From positions 128,092,001 to 128,156,000 of the forward strand of contig OX597818.1 in assembly GCA_951406725.2 (NCBI GenBank): DNA of 64,000 nucleotides. The letters run 5' to 3'. This document shows, piece by piece, positions 61,996-64,000 of this stretch. The notes below the pieces were generated by a model. It ran no database searches. It was not told where the DNA came from and saw only the letters and a program-made list of their open reading frames with translations. Positions within the stretch are counted from its first letter, which is position 1, and each line of letters starts with the position of its first letter. A program made the translations under genes and the position numbers. The stretch comes from Octopus vulgaris (taxonomy: Eukaryota).

Positions 61996-62381
61996 GATGG
62001 GATGCCTTGCAATATTTGCCCATGGGGCCAGATAGATAATTAGATAGGTGATGGGCTTCCACATAGTTTCTATCCACCAAATTTACCCACAAGGCATTGG
62101 GTTAACCCAGGGCTATAGTAGAAAACACCCAATGTACTGCATGAAAAAATATTCACTTAAACATTGAAGGCTTGTTTCCAACAGGGGTCTTTGTTGGTCA
62201 GGGTTAGCTAGATATTTGTACTTGTATGCACAATACCAGGCAGTCTACTCTTTCCATGATACTGATATTGTCCAAGGAAATGGCTGTTGCTTTAGGGCTG
62301 ATATAGCTTGGTATTAGTGTGATTATTGGCATTGCTGACAGAATGTAATGAATCAGGGCAAATATTGCAAGGCATCCCATC
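61996..62381. repeat. 26-bp perfect inverted repeat pair (MITE-like)
   Basis: gatgggatgccttgcaatatttgccc (61996-62021) / gggcaaatattgcaaggcatcccatc (62356-62381). Confidence 0.65.
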
Positions 62382-64000
62382 GGACTCTCTAAAAATTCTG
62401 CTAATCTACTATCCTGGATTGGTATTTCACATAGATATATGACACAACAGAGCTTCTATATAGCCACTCAATCTGCTAGAAATGACAACCAAATTTTTCT
62501 CAAATAACACCTATTTAAAAAAAAAGGAAAGATTAAGCCAAATTCCCATCACACAGCTGTCAAGTATGAACAAATATTATTTGGGAACATATTCCATACT
62601 TTTGATAATTATTTTAGGTGCCTTTTTAGTTGTGAGTAGACAGAAACACTTTCTTGACTCTCTTGCCTTTGATCCAGTAGAACATCCAGAATGAGACAGC
62701 TGGAGGGAGAAAGGGTCATAGGCACAGTTGGGTACAATGGAGCAAAGACGCAAAGAGTTACTCACTCCAGGAATTTGAACCTACAGCCTTACGATTATTA
62801 ACCAAACCCCGTAACCACAGCTTGCCATTAAAAAACCCCCCAAAACGCAATAACGCATTAGACAATGTAGTCTTGTATACATTGTTCAGAAATAAGATAG
62901 AATAATCATAGCGGCATCGGTTTATCGTAAGTCTACTTGATCAAAACTGACCTTAACCAAAAAAATAACCATAATTACTGTTACTTGTTATTTCTTGATT
63001 TTCAACTTGGAATTTATAAATTAAATGGAAGGCCTTGAAGGGAATAATAGATGCTACTTATCAGGAATATAAAACCCTGGAGTCTCGAGGGATGCATTTA
63101 AAGGTGTTAATTTCTCTTATTAAGAATCAATATTTTCTTATATTGACACAAGGTCACGAATATGTTGGATATTTCCAGTACTTATCAATACATAACTAAG
63201 GATTTGGATCTTGACTGTGGAGGGATAAAATCTAAATAGGTGTTAACTCATTTAATCGCTCCCTCCACAGTAATTAACGAATTCTTGTAATCGTATATCG
63301 ATATAAGGTACTTATTCCCCAGAATCCAGACGGATGAAAAAGCCAAGTTAATTAACCCTAGCAACTCTTGTAGAGAAGAAACTACCAGCAATAAAACATT
63401 TACTGAATCGCTCTCTCCTTGAAAATAAATGGTAGTAAAATAGATTTTATAAGATTTAAAAAAAAAATCATTTTGAGAGAAGGATATTACAGACTACAAG
63501 CAATCACTTCTCACTTTTATAGACATTTGAAAGTATTAAACAAGCAAACTACATATGAAAAGCTTGAAACACCGCAGAGAAGTTATCGATTTCCGTTTTG
63601 GTTGTTCCACTTATATTTAGAAAGAAGGGCGATTACTTCAATTCATGCTACTACTTCGTCTCTACTGAGAACTGATTATTTGTGGTAGAACCAGACATCC
63701 AGGCCGATTGTTTTTATTGTAGTTTAGTCTAGTCATTCATTACTTTTAGATCAAACACTGCAGGGGTCTACTTCGTAATTTTGGGCCTGGGTTTGATAAA
63801 TAACCACCAATAAAATATTAGATGATAGTTTCTATTGATTATGGTGAACGGAAGTAAGGCCAGTGTTTTAGTTAAGGAAAAAAAAAAGTCATATCTCAAT
63901 TGAATTAAATATTTAACTTGAGCATACATCATCACGCATACAGAGAATTACGACGCAGATGGCATTATGTGTGTCAAAAACACATTTTATTCGATATCAA

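Overview
AT-rich, microsatellite-dense animal genomic DNA. The SINE/MITE/Penelope repertoire suggests an octopod cephalopod (inference from recalled repeat types, not a database result). It holds one intact gene: a 12-exon cytosolic-type NADP-dependent isocitrate dehydrogenase (IDH1-like, + strand, ATG 14087 to TGA 54784, 1233-nt CDS, 410 aa, all introns GT-AG with consistent phases). The rest is repeats: four SINE families, TTAA and hAT-type MITEs, decayed Tc1/mariner, LINE and Penelope fragments, a fold-back element with 620-bp arms and an interstitial telomere-like array. Top finding: the enzyme ends ...LMTSI* without the peroxisomal signal of vertebrate IDH1, but the frame past its UGA-C stop encodes a 13-residue extension ending exactly in SKL*. 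This is a hidden PTS1 reachable by stop readthrough or possibly A-to-I editing. Also notable are minimal hammerhead-ribozyme motifs in Penelope-type repeats and an unexplained CpG-rich, highly self-complementary island at about 22750-22985. Most ORFs in the supplied track are microsatellite or SINE artefacts.
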